From a virus, in the IMG/VR virus record IMGVR_UViG_3300020056_002272, positions 20,662 through 84,661 of that record: a stretch of DNA of 64,000 nucleotides, one strand, 5' to 3'. Below are positions 60,363 through 64,000 of this stretch, piece after piece; position 1 is the first letter of the stretch, and each line of letters starts with the position of its first letter. The notes under the pieces were generated by a model that worked only from the letters and a program-made list of their open reading frames with translations, searched no databases and was not told the origin of the DNA. Position numbers and translations under genes: made by a program.

Positions 60363-61342
60363 ACTTTATATCCTGCTTGTAAAGGCTCAGAAAATGCTGC
60401 TGCTTGATCTGCAATACGTTGCATATCCCAGCGAGCACAAAACTTCATAAGACGCATACCGACTTGACTAATTTGTTTTGTTTCTACATTGCGAACTGTA
60501 TTGTCAATTTCTTGTCGAATATCATCTGGCTGTGCAGTTAAGTCACACAGCGTAACATTTCGTGTGTAATCATCTAGCACACGATGTTCAACACCTTCAT
60601 GATCTACCCACCGCTGTAGCATCATGTTGTTCCAGTTGAATCCTTTAGTATCTTTGTCAGCAAATGCTTCTAGCAACCCCACCTTGTTCTTAGTGCCTTT
60701 CTTGCGAACACCTGGATATGCACTAAACACATTATCACTAGTATCGCCACGCATACACTTTTCAAATAGCAACCATTGTGGATCGGGGGCTGGCTTCTCT
60801 TCTTTAGTTTTCTTGTCAACAACAGGTCTACCTTTGTCATCAAAATAACCTTCGTGTGTAATAGTTGTGTTACTAACACCGTTGTATTGACGCACGTTAG
60901 GAGCAATTAATTGTGCAAAGTCGCCGTCGGTAGAAATTATAACATGATCGTCATTGGGATGATTTTGTATCCAGCCTGCAATAAGATCATCTGCTTCGAG
61001 AACTGTATTATGCATTACAGTGCAATTGGTCTTGGTGCTAACAAAATCTTTGAACTCGTCAAAGATTTCCCAAAACACTTTATCTTCTTCTGCTTCACGT
61101 GGAGTAAGAGCATCACGTGCTTCTTTACGGTTGCGCTTGTAAGGCTCGTAATAATCTTTACGCCAGCTACGTCCTTCTAAACAAAACACCACATGATCAC
61201 CTTTGAAGTCTTGCCAAGCCTTCTTAATGCTGTTAAGTGTAATATGCATTGCCATGCCTACTTTTGTGTCAATGTCGCCACGAACTACGTGACGAGCACG
61301 GAAAAAAGTATTTGCTGTATCAACTAGAATGTATGTTGCCAT
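60359..61342 (-). CDS. rnh: T4-type RNase H / 5'-3' exonuclease (FEN family)
   Basis: ILVD..N, SWRK..Y..YK.NR, EADD, STDGDF.QL, GDTSDNV..PG. Confidence 0.9.
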   Translation of the reverse strand: MATYILVDTANTFFRARHVVRGDIDTKVGMAMHITLNSIKKAWQDFKGDHVVFCLEGRSWRKDYYEPYKRNRKEARDALTPREAEEDKVFWEIFDEFKDFVSTKTNCTVMHNTVLEADDLIAGWIQNHPNDDHVIISTDGDFAQLIAPNVRQYNGVSNTTITHEGYFDDKGRPVVDKKTKEEKPAPDPQWLLFEKCMRGDTSDNVFSAYPGVRKKGTKNKVGLLEAFADKDTKGFNWNNMMLQRWVDHEGVEHRVLDDYTRNVTLCDLTAQPDDIRQEIDNTVRNVETKQISQVGMRLMKFCARWDMQRIADQAAAFSEPLQAGYKV

Positions 61343-61727
61343 GTAACTCTTCTTCTATATAGCGTTTCAGTTCATGATCACCGACGTTGTCGGGAATCTC
61401 GTTTTTGTAGAATAGGCGATAGCTGTCACTGCCATACTTACCAATTCCATATAATACTGTAGCATCTTTTCCGTCCCATGTCAAGTAATCTTTTGACATT
61501 TTCCTTAGCCTATTTTCACGAACATTTACCATGCCCAATGGCTGAATAATTTTCTTTACAGTATCCGGAGTGGTTGTTAAGTAGTGGATTGGTGTAGGAC
61601 AAACAGCAAATAAAGCAGGAAGAACACGCTTAACCTGCTTGCGATTTGTTTGATTAAGGCAAATCACGCCAACCATGTGTTGCCAAACACTTTTCACTTG
61701 CTGTTGGACCATAAGGTCATCACGCAT
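61320..61727 (-). CDS. HhH DNA glycosylase, MBD4-like
   Basis: ICLNQT, PLG, GIGKYGSDSY and DHEL..Y closely follow the MBD4 glycosylase-domain motifs (GIGKYGNDSY, DHKL). Confidence 0.8.
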   Translation of the reverse strand: MRDDLMVQQQVKSVWQHMVGVICLNQTNRKQVKRVLPALFAVCPTPIHYLTTTPDTVKKIIQPLGMVNVRENRLRKMSKDYLTWDGKDATVLYGIGKYGSDSYRLFYKNEIPDNVGDHELKRYIEEELHGNIHSS

Positions 61728-62131
61728 TACGACACCTCACTGCGTCCTTTATCAATAGGAATAACATTTATATATCCTGCTCCTCTACTGGTGTCCATAC
61801 CTTCTGCTTCTAACATATTATATACTATATCTCTGAACCATCTGTCAACCACTTCTTCTTCAGGATCAGCCGCTTCGCCGTATCCAGCTTCTAATAACTG
61901 TGCTATAAAATATTCGTTCCAATCTAATTCAAAAAATCCATTGCGCACATTTTCATCGTTAACTTTGATATCTAAAACATTTACCCAAGGCTCCTTACGG
62001 CGTGTCGCATATGCTTTTGGATCCTTCTTTTTAAGCAGTTTCATCTCGTCAGCTTCCACTTTTGCTTTTTCTTCTGCAATACGCTGTTCTTCTGCTTCAA
62101 TACCTGTAATTTTTTTAAGCCATTGTTTCAT
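61727..62131 (-). CDS. Hypothetical phage protein
   Basis: 134 aa with AAGGA RBS; EPWV..GFFELDWN motif. Confidence 0.75.
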   Translation of the reverse strand: MKQWLKKITGIEAEEQRIAEEKAKVEADEMKLLKKKDPKAYATRRKEPWVNVLDIKVNDENVRNGFFELDWNEYFIAQLLEAGYGEAADPEEEVVDRWFRDIVYNMLEAEGMDTSRGAGYINVIPIDKGRSEVS

Positions 62132-62197
62132 AATTGTTTCCTTATCTTTTCATATTGTTCTTCGGTATGAACGCCCTTGGAGTATTTTTTGATTTCG

Positions 62198-63091
62198 TCA
62201 TGTTCCCCAGGCATTTCCGAATAAGCTAATATGGAGTCTAGGTGTGAAGCGCCACCCTCTTTCCATGCAGAGGTCTGCAACTTCTTTGACGTTGAGCGTG
62301 TATTCTTCCGAACGACCACCGAGCGGCATAAGGTATACAGGGCACTCAACCCCTGCTTCGCGATACGCAGCAACAGCTTTGCTAACTTCGTTAACATCGT
62401 CCTTATCAGCAACAACGAACTTAAGATAAAGATCACTGCCATCCACAGTGGAATACTGAAGAGCAACGTCAGGCTTAATAGCATCATCCCAAGACTCGCC
62501 TGATACGGAGAGCTTTGGTGAGCAGCTGAAAGTGACTTGAATTCTTCTGTTATGTTCGAGATAATCGAGTAGATCTTTATGTAGCATCTGTGTAGTATTG
62601 GTTTCAAATGTAACATTTTTTAAATCTTTCATTTTAGGGTGTTCAAACAACTCAACATAAAGTCGTTGCCAAGCAAGAAGAGGCTCCCCGCCTGTCATAA
62701 TCAAGTGGATATCTTGACCGTTATCCATAGTCCATTTGCCTTCTGGCAACAAACTAATCAAATGTTCTACAACATCATCAACTTCTGCATTTTTGTTAAA
62801 ATGCTTAAATTCTGGATAGATACTTGCATACGTATCGCAACCTGTATGAATAATAGGCAAATCCTCAAATTTTTCTGTAGTTTCATGAATGCCTGCATCT
62901 AGCAATGCTTTTACTTCAGGATTGTAACGATTGCCTTCTGCATGTTGTTCCCAACGATTCTTATCCTTAGGAAGTCCAAAATTCATGCAACGAAAGTTAC
63001 AACCAAAAGTGCGTAGGAATACGCTGGGCACTCCTACATATTTACCTTCGCCTTGCACACTATAAAATGCTTCACTATAGCGTAACTTCAT
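62198..63091 (-). CDS. queE: 7-carboxy-7-deazaguanine synthase (QueE-type radical SAM)
   Basis: E.FYSVQGEG..VG.PSVFLRT.GCN..C...CDT; TGGEP; ETN; SPKL; RLH..LFG; adjacent to folE. Confidence 0.85.
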   Translation of the reverse strand: MKLRYSEAFYSVQGEGKYVGVPSVFLRTFGCNFRCMNFGLPKDKNRWEQHAEGNRYNPEVKALLDAGIHETTEKFEDLPIIHTGCDTYASIYPEFKHFNKNAEVDDVVEHLISLLPEGKWTMDNGQDIHLIMTGGEPLLAWQRLYVELFEHPKMKDLKNVTFETNTTQMLHKDLLDYLEHNRRIQVTFSCSPKLSVSGESWDDAIKPDVALQYSTVDGSDLYLKFVVADKDDVNEVSKAVAAYREAGVECPVYLMPLGGRSEEYTLNVKEVADLCMERGWRFTPRLHISLFGNAWGT

Positions 63092-63255
63092 TACAGTTCC
63101 TCCGCAATACCAAGTAGTTCAGCAACAAGAAAACCACTTGCTAACCAAACTACACTGCCTGTATACAAACATACAGCACATCCTGCTATACGCACGGCAC
63201 TCTTAACTAAACTAATATAAAAGTGTTTTTTACTTACATCTACTGGTTCTGTCAT
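63091..63255 (-). CDS. Small hydrophobic (membrane) protein, 54 aa, not in ORF track
   Basis: MTEPVDVSKKHFYISLVKSAVRIAGCAVCLYTGSVVWLASGFLVAELLGIAEEL; coupled to folE (ATGA) and queE (TAATG). Confidence 0.7.
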   Translation of the reverse strand: MTEPVDVSKKHFYISLVKSAVRIAGCAVCLYTGSVVWLASGFLVAELLGIAEEL

Positions 63256-63950
63256 CTTGGTGCATATCCTTGTTGTAATTTGATATTGTCCATGAATTCT
63301 TTTTTAACACCTGGATCGGATCTAAAGCAGCCTTTTAGCACAGTTGTTTGTGTTAGTGAACTATGTGCCATAATGCCTCTATTTTCGCAACATCCGTGTG
63401 TTGCTTGGATATAAACGGCAACATCTTCGCTACCTGTAGCGTTCATAATTTCTTTAGCAATATCCATAGCAAGTTCTTCTTGCAGTGTGCCACGTCTAGC
63501 ACACCATTGTGCAATACGTGTGTATTTGCTAAGTCCAATAAGTGTATCGGCTGCAATGATACCAATGTAGGCTACACCGCTAACCGGCTGATGGTGGTGT
63601 GAACAAACACTCTTTAGTTCACTTCGCACAACTAGCATACCATCATATCTATCATTTGTGTGATTAGGAAAGGCTGTAGCATTAGGCCTTTTGTAGTAAC
63701 GTCCACGCATTAGTTCATGTATATACATTTTTGCCAAACGCTTTGCAGTTTCGTTACTGTTAGGATCGTTTTCAGTGTCAATAATAAGTGTATCTAATAC
63801 ATCTTGAAACTTGTATGTAAGTTCGTTTTGTATTTCTTGCAGTTCCCATTCACTAATATGATCACTAATGTTGTCATTTGCGTAAAATCTTACGCCATTT
63901 TTTTGCAATCGTTCGCGGACGATTTCGCTTACTTTTACTTCTTCTGTCAT
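63252..63950 (-). CDS. folE: GTP cyclohydrolase I
   Basis: SVCSHH, IGLSK..RI, QE.L, ATHGC...RG motifs; GGAG RBS. Confidence 0.95.
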   Translation of the reverse strand: MTEEVKVSEIVRERLQKNGVRFYANDNISDHISEWELQEIQNELTYKFQDVLDTLIIDTENDPNSNETAKRLAKMYIHELMRGRYYKRPNATAFPNHTNDRYDGMLVVRSELKSVCSHHHQPVSGVAYIGIIAADTLIGLSKYTRIAQWCARRGTLQEELAMDIAKEIMNATGSEDVAVYIQATHGCCENRGIMAHSSLTQTTVLKGCFRSDPGVKKEFMDNIKLQQGYAPR

Positions 63951-64000
63951 TATATTCTCCGAGTTATTGACGAGGATGTCATAAAAAATGGTATACTCAT

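Noticed and set aside
62128-62616. 162-aa minus-strand ORF overlapping queE
   Set aside because: Mostly an alternative frame of queE. At most a 28-aa tail ORF (62214-62128) could be real, and it is unsupported.
584-63602. Numerous 60-180-aa ORFs antisense to or nested within long genes in the ORF track
   Set aside because: They are shadows of the real coding strand, with no RBS or recognisable motifs and full overlap with well-supported genes.
1-64000. Stop-codon reassignment, as seen in some large phages
   Set aside because: Genes are full-length and tightly packed in the standard code, and TAA, TGA and TAG (e.g. 35758, 54407) all act as stops.
1-64000. tRNA, rRNA, CRISPR array, integrase/transposase, intron or intein
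   Set aside because: Intergenic gaps are mostly under 110 bp, and no cloverleaf, spaced direct repeats or hallmark motifs were seen by eye. tRNAscan and Infernal were not run.

Overview
This AT-rich, gene-dense window comes from a large tailed (myovirus/jumbo-like) bacteriophage genome read in the standard genetic code. It has four blocks. (1) 1-20.7 kb, + strand: virion genes, including a >3,900-aa baseplate/tail-type protein truncated at the left edge, three paralogous tail-fibre-like proteins and two further paralogous structural proteins. (2) 20.8-49.5 kb: a biosynthetic/modification island with 4 GT-A-like glycosyltransferases, 9 radical-SAM enzymes in three paralogous subfamilies, 2 QueC-like PP-loop ATPases, a methyltransferase, an SGNH protein, an SDR, a TauD-like and three other Fe/2OG oxygenases, GNAT-like proteins, an acyl carrier protein and two His-box desaturases. 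(3) 49.5-54.4 kb, - strand: a subtilisin with a cupredoxin-like insert, a tail-fibre-like gene and another oxygenase. (4) 54.4-64 kb, - strand: a MoxR AAA and vWA/metallopeptidase pair, an Smr nuclease, an RNase H/5'-3' exonuclease, an MBD4-like glycosylase, queE and folE. Regulatory signals can be read directly: four perfect TTGACA-N17-TATAAT promoters (two apparently leaderless), a recurring (G)ATAAATA T4-late-like motif, and two hairpins that bury a Shine-Dalgarno and carry the late motif in the loop. No tRNA, rRNA, CRISPR array, integrase or transposase was seen. All protein calls come from motif recognition by eye; no database searches were run.
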